Shown one piece after another: positions 1 to 11,915 of a DNA stretch of 64,000 nucleotides. Location: assembly GCA_965113315.1 (NCBI GenBank), contig OZ220377.1; one strand, 5' to 3'. The notes beneath the pieces were generated by a model. That model was not told where the DNA came from and ran no database searches. It saw only the letters and a program-made list of their open reading frames with translations. How positions within the stretch are numbered: the first letter of the stretch is position 1; every line of letters starts with the position of its first letter. The stretch comes from Podarcis vaucheri (Eukaryota). A program made the position numbers and the translations under genes.

Positions 1-694
1 AGGTGGGCAAGGCGAGTCTTTTGAAAACACCTAGGACACCTGATGCTGGGGAGCAACTAAGGACCTGCTTTTCTCTTGCTTTCTCCAGACAGATTCAAAG
101 ATGGCGTCATCCCATGGATCAGGTGGGATGGATAAAGTCATTCTGTCCCGCTGAAAAAAGTGGGCCCAAAAACACTCCTGGGTACTTCATGCAATGAAGA
201 TGACATTGCAAAGATAAGCACTATTTTATTTTTTTTGAGGGGGGGGGAATTGGAAAACCACTATGATTATGATGATGATGATTCTTTTTCCACAGACAGG
301 GACTCAAGGTGCCTTAAAGCAACACAGAAGAAATACTAAAAGCTAAGCACGTATGAAAGATAACCATTAAAAAGTAATTAAACTCTTAAAGAAATTTAAA
401 AATTAAAATGCAGAGAATAGAAGCAGAGCAGCGGTATTAAAAGTCCTTTCCTTAAAAAATCAACACAGTCAATTCCCAAAGGCCTGTCTTCACTTGCTGG
501 CAGAAGGACAGCAAGGAGGGAGCCAGTCTGACTTCGCTAGGGAGGGAGTTTCAAAGCCTCGGAGCATGCTGTGGTTTCAGCAGGGGTAGCTAACTTGGTC
601 TCCTGCAGATGTTGCTGGGCTGCAAAACTTCCCATCCCCCTTGGCCATGCTGGAGCGAATGGGACTTATAAGAGCCCATCCACATCTGGAGGGT

Positions 695-905
695 ATCATG
701 TTGGCTGCCCTGGGGCTGAACGTGGGAGACCCAGGTTCAAATCTCCACTCAGCCATGAAACTCACAGGCCAATCACTGTCTCTGGGCTTAAGCCTACCTC
801 AGAGGGTTGTTGTGAGGACAAAATGGGGGAAAGGAGAGAATCACGGGCGCCACCTTGACCTTTTGGGAGGGGAAGAAAAGGTGGGGCATAAATGTGATTA
901 ATAAA
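695..905 (+). mobile_element. MIR/CORE-like SINE
   Basis: GGAGACCCAGGTTCAAATCTCCACTCAGCCATGAA..CCTACCTCAGAGGGTTGTTGTGAGG; similar copy at ~5405-5615. Confidence 0.55.
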
Positions 906-1701
906 ACTAATAAGCCAGGGCAGTATATTGCCACAGAAACTAAATAAATAGAGACATTTCAAGCATGGCAAAATATGTCAGGTCTGTCTTTCCCCTTCCG
1001 CGGTCTGGAGATGGTATCCCTGAAGTGCTGCATTCCAGGGGGTTGGACTAGATGACCCTTAGGGTCCTTTCCAATTCTATGATTCTGAGTTGCCTATGTG
1101 TATATTGAAGAGGGCAGCAGACAAGCACTTCTGGAGCCACAGTCTCCTGGCGGGTTCTCTGAGGCTATTGGATGTTTCCCTAGGAAGCTGCTGAACTGCA
1201 TCACAGAAATATTGCAAGTCTCTCCAGTGACATCATTCAAAGGAAACCACCCCGGGGAATGTGCTGGGACCCCTGAAAACCTCCATTCGCTCCAGAGGCT
1301 GCCATGCATGGTAACAATGGCATAAACTTCCACGGACTGGAGTGAGAAAGTGTTTCCACTAGTCTTTGATGTTCTAGCTGCCGGAGACCAACCCTCTCTG
1401 CCCCTCTCTGAAAGTTGTGCGTCGCTGAGTCAGGCAAGAGTTAACAGGCTCCTGACGACACACAAACACAAAATGCATGCCTTTTAATTTAATTTAGCTT
1501 TAATATGTAAAACTGTTGCTCTTGGCCAGAGGCACCAAGGCTTGGCCAAGAGTACGGCAATCATGTGGCTTTCAGAGTCAATGCACGCTTTTAAACTCGC
1601 AAGCCAGGCTATCAGGCAAGGCACAGAGTGGTGGGCCATCATCATTCATACGCAACACATCCCCTTGGGATCTTTCAAAGGGGCTGCTCCCAAATGCACG
1701 G

Positions 1702-1702
<1 letters not shown>

Positions 1703-1731
<29 letters not shown>
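1703..1731. repeat. (TG)n microsatellite
   Basis: Direct reading. Confidence 0.95.
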
Positions 1732-1733
<2 letters not shown>

Positions 1734-3285
1734 AGTGTAGGAGCCCAAGGCTGAGGGAAGTTGCTGGTCCCCCTCCCTTTCTTGCTGCCAGGCTACTAAC
1801 CCTTTTCATCTGGCTCCAAATGTTAACTCTCTCTGCTCCTATGTGAGCTGCCCTATCCTTAGGCAGGAGCCATCTCAGAAGGAAGCTGGCCCTAGGGCTG
1901 CTGGCACACATCTCCAGACACATCCTGGCTGCTGGGACAACATCAGGAGGCCCTGGCCAGGCCCAGCAACCCTCTAAAAGGGTGGTGGGCAGCAAGATGA
2001 GCTGCGGGGCTTGCAGGGAAAATAGGGGCAGCAAGGGCTCCTGGACCTGAGTGTGACCAGCCTTACTTGCTGACACTCCTTCTTTTACACACTTGCTTTT
2101 CATGTCATTGTCCATCTCTATCTCACCACTCAGAGGCTGTTTCCAGAAGCAGCTTTTCTTCTTGGCTCAGAGCCCCTGAAACCAGCTCAACCTCTGAAGA
2201 CAAAGGTTGTCTCCAGACCATCAAGCATGTACTGGGAACTTTAAAAAGTGTGGGACAAATGGAGACATATAGGCACCTTGCAAACAAGTCAGGATGAGTG
2301 CAGGATGGATGATGCTCCTTGCCATATAACTGCTCCACCGGCAAATCACTGCTTTGGGGCTGACAGGGTTGCAGTCCAAAGTATCTGGAGAACTTCAGGT
2401 TGGGAAAAGGTGCTCTAGAGAAGGTCTTGGCTGCATGTACAACCCGTCTCAGGGGAGCAGCCCAGTTTCTTGCCTGTTGAAATGGCCCCTTTCCCATCAG
2501 CAACCCTCCCTTCGCCAGGCCTGGAAGTCTTTCGGGGAAAGGCAAAATGCTCTCGGCGGAGGGACAGATCACCTTTCTTCGTAGCCCTGTAAGGGATTCC
2601 AATATCAATAGACAGAAGAAAGGAGGCATAGAACTCGGACGGGGAGCCTGCCCAGAGTCCTTTCGGGATGGAAGGGGCAGCAGACGCAGGCAAGGCTGTA
2701 TCTCAGGAAGCCGGGAGACTGTGGTTCCTGGCGCCTGTGCAGCAGCTCACTTCCTCCCTGCCGGTTGGGCTTGGAAACCTGCACATGGAAAGGAGGGAGG
2801 ATTGGACCGGAAGGCATCCCGGCAGAGCCATGCGTTGGAGTTGAGAGGAAGGAGGCCGAGCCTCTTCCATTTGCCTTGCAGACTGAGGCTCTTGTGTTAT
2901 CCAGCCCTGCTCTTTGCCCCCTTTTGACAGCATCCTGAGGAATGTTGGTGGGAGGAAGGAAAAGAGGGAGGCAATCGCACAGTACAAGCAGAAGTAAGGT
3001 GAGGTGGCATGGCCAGAAGAGGTACCAGGCGGCCAGAACCAAAGGATGGAAAGGCTGTAGCTCAGCTGCCTTGCATACAGGAGCTTCAGTCTCCCTGATG
3101 GCATTTCTAGATAGGGCTGAAAGAGACCCTGGAAAGCAGCTGCCAGTCAGTGCAGACAATGCTGAGCAAGAAAGACTCCAAGGGTCTGATTCAGTATAAG
3201 ACAGCTTCCCATGTTTTCCAATGAGAGCACAGTGGCAAGCAACAGAATGCCAGGAAGAAAGAGCACCTATGAATAAGAAGGGGGT

Positions 3286-3967
3286 GGGGTGTATGGGGAA
3301 GGGTAGGACCTCTCCTGCGGGACACTTTGTGCTTCTTCTGGGGTAGTTTGGTCGCCACCCTGCACTCGCTTGTGGCTCCTAAAAGCTGTCAGCATGAGAT
3401 AGGGGGCACACCCCAGGAACGGTTTTGACTGACCAGCTAAACCAGGGGAGGGTAACCAAGGGGTCTCAAATCCTTGGAAGTTAGGGGCTTCCTCTGCATG
3501 CGAAGACAGGCTTCAGAACATTGAGCGACGAGACCAACAGTGGGCCCAGTGGCCAAGAAGGTGGTGTCTGAATGTGCTGTAGAGGGAAGTGAGGGGCAGA
3601 TGGGGCTTATCAACCTGGGAAGGTAGCTTATCTAGGAGAAGGAAAACTCTGGTCCTAAACCTCCACTACCTTTTGGGACGCCTTCAGGAGGCTAAGGAGT
3701 AACAAATACAGAGTTCCTAAGATGGTGCCTTGCATGCCTCCTTCTGGCAATTCCTGCAGCCAAGCTAGCGCCGAACATATTGCTTTGACTTCCTTTGGAC
3801 CACATCAGTGAAGCCAAGATGGGGGTCTTGTCATCTGGGCAGCCCAGGACCTCTGTATACACTGTGCCCCAGGGAGGTCACTTTAGTGCTGGTAATGCAG
3901 CAGTTTGACCACCCCCCAGAGCCACACTTCATTGTCTCTCAAGACACATGGATGCCAACAACAACAA
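3286..3967 (+). mobile_element. Non-autonomous RTE-derived element (5' UTR-like body with (CAA)n tail)
   Basis: Contains GGAAGGTAGC..TCTAGGAGAAGGAAAACTCTG, which I recall as RTE 5' UTR-like; ends CCAACAACAACAA; short AAGGGGG on both flanks; no RT ORF. Confidence 0.6.
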
Positions 3968-4187
3968 GGGGGGAAGAGGACTCTGGGCCAGGCATTCCAA
4001 GAGGTGATAATGTGGGAGGACCCCTGCATTTTACATATCCATTGGAACAAATCCGCAATGATTTCGTGCTGCAAGGCCTTCAAATGTCGCATCTGAGACA
4101 GGATATAAAGCAGAGAAAAGCCATCCCATCCTTGTCCATACGGCAACACCCTCTGCCTGCCCTCCTGACTTAACAGGGATTGGCAGC

Positions 4188-4378
4188 AACCCAGTGGCAG
4201 AGAAGCTGTTTCGCATGCAGAAGGTCCCAGGTTCAGTCCCTGGCAGCATCTCCAGGTAGGGTTGGCCAAAGGACCTCTGCCTCAATGGAGAGCCATTGCT
4301 GCCAGCCAGGGTAGAGTCATTCTGACTCAGCACAAGGATCAGCACAAGTCTGACTCAGCACAAGGCTGGTTCCTATGA
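4188..4378 (+). mobile_element. tRNA-derived SINE, representative copy of an abundant family
   Basis: CAGTGGCAGAG..GCATGCAGAAGGTCCCAGGTTC head with a GCTGCCAG..CTGACTCAG tail. Related copies at ~3085-3215, 5980-6078, 9375-9570(-), 28915-29090, 36555-36685, 39035-39160 and 61745-61915(-). Confidence 0.65.
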
Positions 4379-4981
4379 CTTACACTTGGCCAACACAGAT
4401 TGAGTCTGCAGGGGAAGGAGGAGCCTGGCTGCTCCAACTTGGTGGACAAGAGTTGGGCAGAAGGATAAAGTTGGTGGGATGGGCTGTAGGGACCCCAGTC
4501 AAGCCAGCCCCTGAATGAATGCCTGTGATGGCACTCCAGACCCCTAGCCGCCCAAACCTGCCTCTAGGGAGGAGCTTTGCCCCTCCAGAAATGTCTGCAC
4601 CTGCCCCAGCTTGAGCTGCATCCATCACGCTCAAGGCGAGGGAGCTCTAGCTGAGGTGGAAGAACTTGTTCAGATTGATCCTTGGGAGATAATTTTATCT
4701 TCCTCTGGAATTTCACAGAAATAGATGGAGAGAGAGGCTGGGAGGGGTTCAAGTTTCAAAGGGCTACTACCAGAGGCAGTGCTCTCTGAGGAGCCAGCAA
4801 GCTTATGCAGAGAAGGAGGGAGGAGGAAGAGAAAGCAAGGATCCCGAACCCAGAAGGCAAGGCAAAGCCACAATAATCTAGGGCAGTCAGGTGCCCTCCC
4901 GCTCTTCCGGACTACAACTCCCATCAGCCCCTGAGCAGCATGGCTGTGCACTCCAATTGGTCCCAGTATCTCATAGGATTA

Positions 4982-5201
4982 CAGTGGTACCTTGGGTTAC
5001 AAACGCTTCAGGTTACAGACTCCGCTAACCCAGAAATAGTACCTCGGGTTAAGAACTTTGCTTCAGGATGAGAACAGGAATCGCATGGCATCGGCACGGC
5101 GGAAGGCCTCATTAGCGAAAGTGGTACCTCAGGTTAAGAAGAGTTTCAGGTTAAGAATGGACCTCCAGAACGAATTAAGTTCTTAACCCGAGGTACCACT
5201 A
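4982..5201. mobile_element. Tc1/mariner (Tigger-like) MITE
   Basis: Terminal inverted repeats CAGTGGTACC..GGTACCACT(A), TA target site, internal GGTTAAG repeats; second copy at 26833 in the opposite orientation. Confidence 0.85.
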
Positions 5202-8200
5202 TATATAATTGTAGAGCTGAAAGGACCCAAAGGGTCATTTAGCCCAATCCTGTGCAATGCACAATTCACAGCTACAGCTGTGCTGGCTGGGTCAGGTGGT
5301 CCAAAAGAGCTGGAGGGCTCTATGGCCTGGTCTTCATATGCAGCAGAACACAATGGCAACCTCTCAGCTCCAAGACTGCGGGCTGGACTGCAGGGTGTGT
5401 GTGTGTGTTTAGAGTGTCAGCTAGGAGCTGGGAGACTAGGGTTCAAAGATCCACTCAGCCATGAAGCTCCCTGGGTGTGACCTTGGGGGCCAGTCACTGC
5501 CTCTCAGCCTAGCCTACCTCAACAGGGCTGTTGTGGAGAGACAATTCAGGGGACTATGTATGCTTCTTTACACTCCTTGGATGAAAAGGTGGGATAGAAA
5601 TGCAATTAAACAAACAAACCCTTCCAGCTTCCAACAGTCTGCAGTCCTCTACCACCCCCCCATCCTACAGCATATGCAAGATAAACCTTTGAGAAACAAG
5701 CACACATTCCAGGCAGAGCTGAGATTTGCTGCCTCATCAGCTTTGTTCTGTGCCACACAAAACAAACAGAGAAGCTTTTCCCCAAAAGAAGATACTGGGG
5801 TAGGAAAAACTGCACCAGTGGATTTCCTGCCTGCCAGAGAGAGGCTCCTGACAGTCACAAAATGGCTACCCAGCTCAACTCCAAATATTGCAGAACAACG
5901 CTCCTGCTTTGCTGGACCCAAGCCACTCCATTGGCCCTTCCAGGCAAAGTGTCTGTGTCCAACAGGGGAAGTCGAGTGCTTCTGGGAAACCCCAAAGAGG
6001 CACTGCCAGTCAGAGTGGACAATACTGAGCTAGATGGACCAATGATCTGACTCGGTATAAGGCAGCTTCCTTTGTTCTTGGTTCACAGCTCATTCTCTCA
6101 GCCGCAGCATTGCAGCAACTCTGAAGGTTAATGTGGGATGGAGCATGTGGCCTGAAAGGGTTATCCTGGCTGCAGAACACACACCGTTAGGGCAACTCAG
6201 GTGGTTCTCTGTCCCCTCGGCCAGGTGTTCCTCATGGGAGCCCAATGAGAGGAGAACCGAGTGCAGGACTTTGCAGCTCCGCCAGCCATAAATCCAAGCT
6301 GCCGTTATTTTTATGCCAGGGGGCGTGTTAAGCTCACTGGCATTTCCTGTAATGTCCTGGCACTGGGAAGGAAAGCTGAGCTGGGAGGACAGCTTTGGAA
6401 GCAACGCTAGGCTGCCCTGCAGAGATCAGGTTCTCTGCGGACAGGCAGGTGGCAGGACAGGTAAACAGGAGGCAGCAGCGGCTCCAGCAGCACCTGGGAA
6501 CAATGCTATGGGGAAGGGAAAGAAAGAGGTGATCAGAAAGAGACTCTGGGGCAGAAGCAGGAGAACAGAGGAATAAGAGCCCAGTGGCAATTGTGTGCTA
6601 AGCAAAGGGACCTCTTACATTTCCTGGTTACCTGAATTGCACAGAAACAAAACAGGGGTCCAGATACCAGTATAAAGCGTTTCCTGAAGCTGCATCAACC
6701 ACAGAGCTTTCCAACTGCACAGAATACAGAGTATGTTTCCATACCATGCATCCCAGTCCCTGGGAATGGTCCAAACTGCTCTCTGAAATGTGGGGCCTAA
6801 GAAGGAAGATAGAGGTTCCCTGAGTATGGGCAGAGTGCCTCTCAGCTGTCCAGTTTCTGTTGGACCCTAGAATTTATTCCACACCTGTAAGAGGTCCATC
6901 ATTAGCCAAGATGGGCCCCAAATGTTCTTGCTTTCAGCATTAAGGTTCTTGTGCAACTTTCTGAATTGTGGAAGTGTGAAATCTTTGGACTCTTTGGGAG
7001 CAAGATTTGTTTGTTTGTTTCATGAAATTTATATACCACTTAATTGTAAAAAACAACAACACCAACAAACCTCAACGCGGTAATTTGTTTATTTATTAAA
7101 ACTGTTTCTATACCACCTGATAAGCTGAATTCTCACAAGGTGACAGTCCTGTCTGTGGATGTTTCCTGGGTCCAGAACTTGTGACAAGAGGAAGGCAACA
7201 ATTTCAAAGAGGCATAGGTTCCAAAATGTTATGCCAAGGGTCTTTGTGCATCCCTTCAGGGATTTGCTATTACGTTGGCTCCAAACAGAGCTGGTCTTCT
7301 AAGGAATGGGGCAGATGGACTTTGTACTCCTAAAGCAGTTGCAAAACTCTGTGTTGAGAACCCTTCTAGTCCAACGTCCTGTTCTCACAGAGGCTGACCA
7401 GATGTCCTTTGTGAATACCAGCAAGCAGGACCAGAGCACCAGAGCCGTCTCCCCTCCTGTGGTTTCCAGCAACTGGTATTCAGGAGCATTTTCCTGCTCT
7501 CCTGAAACAGCCAGCAACCTTGGACATTTCTGCACCTGGAGCAAAAAGGTAAAGTCTGACTCCTGGTTCCCCAGCCCTGAAGTGGAACTTCTTTCTCTTA
7601 AAAGACCTTTGGAGGTGAGAAGAGGCCATGAAAAGGGGCACCCAGTCCTCTGGCTTGCTGCTCCTGCACAAAGAGACCACTTAATTCTGCCAGCCTTGCT
7701 TTCCTGCCACCTCTGGCAACTCAGGGAGGCCCTTTTCTTCCACTCTTCCTGTGCGTTATTAATAATATGAGGAATAAACAGGGGGCTCCGAGTCAGGCCA
7801 GAGCGTGTGCAGCTGACCCCTGGCTGCTGGCACAAGGCACCCCCTGGTGGGATGGGCCTTGGGTTTTTTCAGCTACATCAACCCCCCCCCACCCCACCCC
7901 CTTGCTGAGGCTGTGCTGAGAGGCCTCTCAGTATTCCTGTGTAAAGCAGCAGCAGCCTTAGTAATTCTAGCAGCTGTGAGAGCTAAATTGGGCAGGAAGG
8001 TCAACCTGAGCCATTCCCCTTATACACTGCTTTGTATGCAAAGCGCACCCCCACCCCCGAAAAAGAATCCCTAGAGCTGTAAAAACGCTGCAGGACAGAG
8101 CCAGACCAAGCCTGCAGAATCCTTTGAGGCAGCCTGCTGCGTTTTTTTACCTTCCCAAGGTAGAGCTCCATTTCCTCGCCAGCCCCCCCCCCCAGCTGAG

Positions 8201-8677
8201 GAGGCTCTCTGCTCTGCCAACCAGCTGGCCCCTTCCAGTTGCTCCCTTGTTTTCCCTCTCACCAGGCTCCCTGGAAAGTGCGGTGTTTTTCTTCCCTCCA
8301 CAGCTCACGCCTCACCTGAAAGGCCAATTGTGCTCCGAGCCCAGTTAAAAAGGTCCTGCAGGAACTTTGGCTTAGCTCTGCCGGGGGCCCTTTTCCAATC
8401 TAAACGGAGCTGAAAGGGCTCCTCTGTCAAGGGGGCTGAGTGTGCCCATGGCTGGCCTCTGGGCTTCGCCGCCAGGAGGTGAAACCAGATTCTGTGCCCA
8501 TCCACAGCTTCACACTGGGTGATAAGGCGCCTTTATTCAACTTGCTTGCTTTAGAGGCTTGGGTTCTCTTCAGAGCCAGAGCAAGGAATGTGCAGAGACT
8601 CCCTCTCCCACTTTAGCACATCTTGGGAGCCCCAGGAAAAACACCACAACCTCACCCTGGCTTCATAAGCAGCCATA

Positions 8678-8990
8678 AAAGGTAAAAGGTAAAGGGAACC
8701 CTCACCGTTAAGGGAAGCGGCGTTTGTCCGCAGACAGCTTCCGGGTCATGTGGCCAGCATGACTAAGCCGCTTCTGGTGAACCAGAGCAGCACACAGAAA
8801 TGCCATTTACCTTCCCGCCAGAGTGGTACCTATTTATCTACTTGCACTTGACGTGCTTTCGAACTGATAGGTTGGCAGGAGAAGGGACCGAGCAACGGGA
8901 GCTCACCCTGTTGCGCAGTTTCAAACCGCCGACCTTCTGATCGGCAAGCCCTAGGCTCTGTGGTTTAGACCACAGCACCACCCGCGTCCC
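8678..8990 (-). mobile_element. Sauria SINE with internal deletion
   Basis: Highly similar to the 32 kb copy; TSD TAAGCAGCCATA at 8666-8677 and 8993-9004. Confidence 0.88.
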
Positions 8991-9884
8991 ATTAAGCAGC
9001 CATAGCATTCAGAACCCAAAGAATCTTGGGAATGGTGGTCTTGATGCTAAGGTTTCTCCAACGTGATTCCTAGCCCTCCGTTACAGAACTGCAACTGGGA
9101 GGGTTCCATGGGAAGAAGGAATGACTATCCTGCCAGCTTAAGTCTGTAGCATGGTGCAGATGTGCCAGGCCAAATCATCTATGGCCTCCTTCCCCAAGCT
9201 GGTGCCCCTTGGAGGTTTTGGATGATAACTCCCACCATTGTATGGTTGTACTGGCTAAGGGCTGTAGTCCGAAGCATCCAAGGGCACCTGCTGGGGGATG
9301 TTTGGTCTGCTGGGTGGTGGTAAGATTTTCTGGGCAAGTGTTGGCCCAACAAAAGCTGCATCCATGTGGTTCTTGGGAAGCTGCCTTACCCTGAATCAAA
9401 TCCCTGGTCCACCTGTCTCGGTATTATCCACACCGACCGGACTGGCAGCATCCCTCCCAGGGTTTCAAATAGGGAGTCTGTTCTAGTCCTACCTGGCTGC
9501 CATTGGGGATTGAGCCTGGGACCTTCTGCATGCCAAGCGGGTGTCCTGCCACTGAACTGCAGCCCATTCCATCCCGTAGCTTGGCTCGAAGGGTTTGTCC
9601 ACCACATGGGACCAAAATGTGGGCTGCACCTCCATGTCGTCCGGAACCTTTTCCACTTTAAAGGCAGAGTTTCCCCCTGATTTAGACATTCCGAGGATTG
9701 AAAACCCTCTTCCTTAAAGGGGAAAAGATCCAGGATGGGGATGATGTCATTTGGACACTCCTACTTAATGGGAAGACTGGCCAAGGCAAGTCCACAATTT
9801 GTTCTGGTGTGGATGAGCCCTATGTCTATTATTACCTAATGTTGGAAGATCGAGGACATATAAAAGGACTTATTCATGCAGTAC

Positions 9885-10070
9885 ATAGTTAAATGAGGAG
9901 GCAGTGATGAGCACCACCTTGGATGGCTTTAGGAAAGGATCAGGCACATTTGTGGAGGAGAGGGCTATCAATGGCTACTAGCCTGGATGGCTATGTCCTG
10001 CCTCCACAATTGGAGGCAGCAGTGCTTCTGAAGACAAGCTATCAGCTCTTATAATTCTATGATTCTGTTC
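9885..10070 (+). mobile_element. CR1 LINE 3' end fragment
   Basis: GATGGCTTT..AAAGGAT..GGAGGAGAGGGCTATCAATGGCTACTAG and an ATTCTATGATTCT tail. Confidence 0.55.
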
Positions 10071-11739
10071 TATGAATTTCTTGCCCTCAATATTAGGCAG
10101 GGCTCACATGCTTCTCCCCCCTGCCAATCATTATTTTACAGCTAACCGTATTGCTGAGTAGCGGGGGGTGGGGTGGGGAAACACTTTTATTAGCTCTTCT
10201 CCTCCTCCTATCAAACTAGGGCCACAGTGGCACAGCTATCTCCTTTTGGGACAGTCTCCAGAAATGTGGCCTCTGAGGGTGTCAAGCTTGCCAGGGATTG
10301 GCTGCCCTCTTGTGATGGCTCCCAAGTGCTTGCCATGCGACTTGCCCCACCCTGCTACAAACCTGCACCCGCTTCTCCCTCCCAGATGCTCCCACAAAAC
10401 AAAACACAGCCAGGGCATGGAGACTGAGGGCTAGGCACAGGGACACCATCTGCACGGCGGACGTTTGCCGCAAGTCCCTTTTGGCCAGCTTGACACCCAG
10501 GGGGCAGCCAGGCTCTTATCCTTCCCTCTGGAATTCCCCTAGTGGCAAGCAGGTTGGCTTTTGACATCATAAATATCCAAGGCCCCTCACACAAGGCTGT
10601 TCACTGTAACTTTCCCTGCTGCTACCTTGCGGACTTGAGCTCCTGCTCAGGGGTTCATCCAGCAGCGGTGGTAAGGCCTGGGGTGGGTTAAGAGGAGTTG
10701 GGGTGGGGTTCGGCTACAGTTCAGCAGCACAGATTCTTCTTTCTTTGCCTATCCCCACATCCCCCCCCTGCTGCTGCCCCCCCCCATAACTCCCAGCCTA
10801 GAGGCTGGTCCTGGCAGCAAAGCCTCTCCTCCTCCTCACACAAAGTGGCTCCTTGTCTGGCCTTCCCAGCAGTGGGCTGCGGAGAATTTCATGGAACCAG
10901 CTCCATTTCCTGACGGAGTTTTATTACATTCCCAACAGAAATAAATAAATAGGAGAGAAACGCAGGGCATCTTGGAGCCTCCTGAGCAGAGCAAAACTTG
11001 GGGCTTGCTGCAGAGGCTGTTCTCAAGAAACAAGCCCAGTGTGACAGGGGCTGAGGGGCACCACCACATGGATAAGTGGGGCCGCTTCTGGCCTGAGTCT
11101 CCTCCTGGGGCAGACCCAACCTACTACTGTTCCAGGGGAACAAGGAGGCTTCCAGTGAAATGGATTACTTAGTGGGCACTGATCAGAATTGCTGCACTAG
11201 TTTCAGCTAGGAGAAGAATGTCCACTCTGTTTCCACACTTCCAACATCTTGTGGCCCCCCTTTCCTCAACCCCAAATGCAGTAAGGGATAATTTTTGTAT
11301 TGTGGGGGCAGGGGGAGAAGGATGTAATGTACAGTTATTGGGGACTCAACACTGGAGGTGCAGAAACCATAGCTGCTTTGCACTTGTGAGGACCTGTATA
11401 CATTCTGCTGGTCTGGCGGATGCCTCCAGGGTGGAAGGTCTTCTCAAGGCCAGCCCACTGGCTGCCATACCTCTTCTCCCAAGATTGCCTTGTTGAGAGG
11501 GTTCCCCCACCATCCCTGGAAAGCAAGTGAGTTACTCCCAGTTAGAGGGAGTAACTACTAGTGTCACTTACCCTGGGTGGCACAGCCCTTTTTGGGGGAG
11601 CTGCCCCAGCCATAGTGAAAATGTGGCAAGAGGGGAGGGGAGTGGGGAAGGAAAACCCTTACACTAGTATTTGACTGCTACACTGCTCAGTTTCAATTGC
11701 CATTTACAAGGGACCTGATCCTGAATGCATCAATTGCAT

Positions 11740-11915
11740 CTTGATTTGAGTTGTAGCATGCTTTGTGTGGGGCTGTTCCTAAAAATCTCTTGGAAGCTTC
11801 AACCGGTGATAAATTATGCTGCTAAAATCCTGACCTCTTTGCAGTATCAGCTGTGCTGCCTGCAAGTTCATTTGCAAGTGCAACTCAATGTGCTGTTTAT
11901 CAGTTTCAAAGGACC
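11740..11915 (+). mobile_element. Decayed L2/CR1-clade LINE fragment
   Basis: Translation CVGLFLKISWKLQPVINYAAKIL..QVQLNVLFISFK resembles the L2 ORF2 C-terminal motif YVGLP..KLQLVQNAAARLL..QFKVL..FK. Confidence 0.55.

Noticed and set aside
4188-4262. tRNA-like sequences (also in Sauria SINE heads)
   Set aside because: These are SINE heads with degenerate cloverleafs, not tRNA genes.
4031-4710. Minus-strand exon-like pieces (..DATFEGLAARNHCGFVPMDM*; donor at ~4385)
   Set aside because: No stop-free, phase-consistent chain could be built.
5461-6033. 190-aa + strand ORF
   Set aside because: Begins and ends inside SINE copies, has no recognisable domain, and its length is within chance expectation.
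7299-7835. Overlapping 154-aa and 178-aa ORFs on opposite strands
   Set aside because: Overlap a repeat-like fragment (~7385-7485); no homology or clear splice structure.
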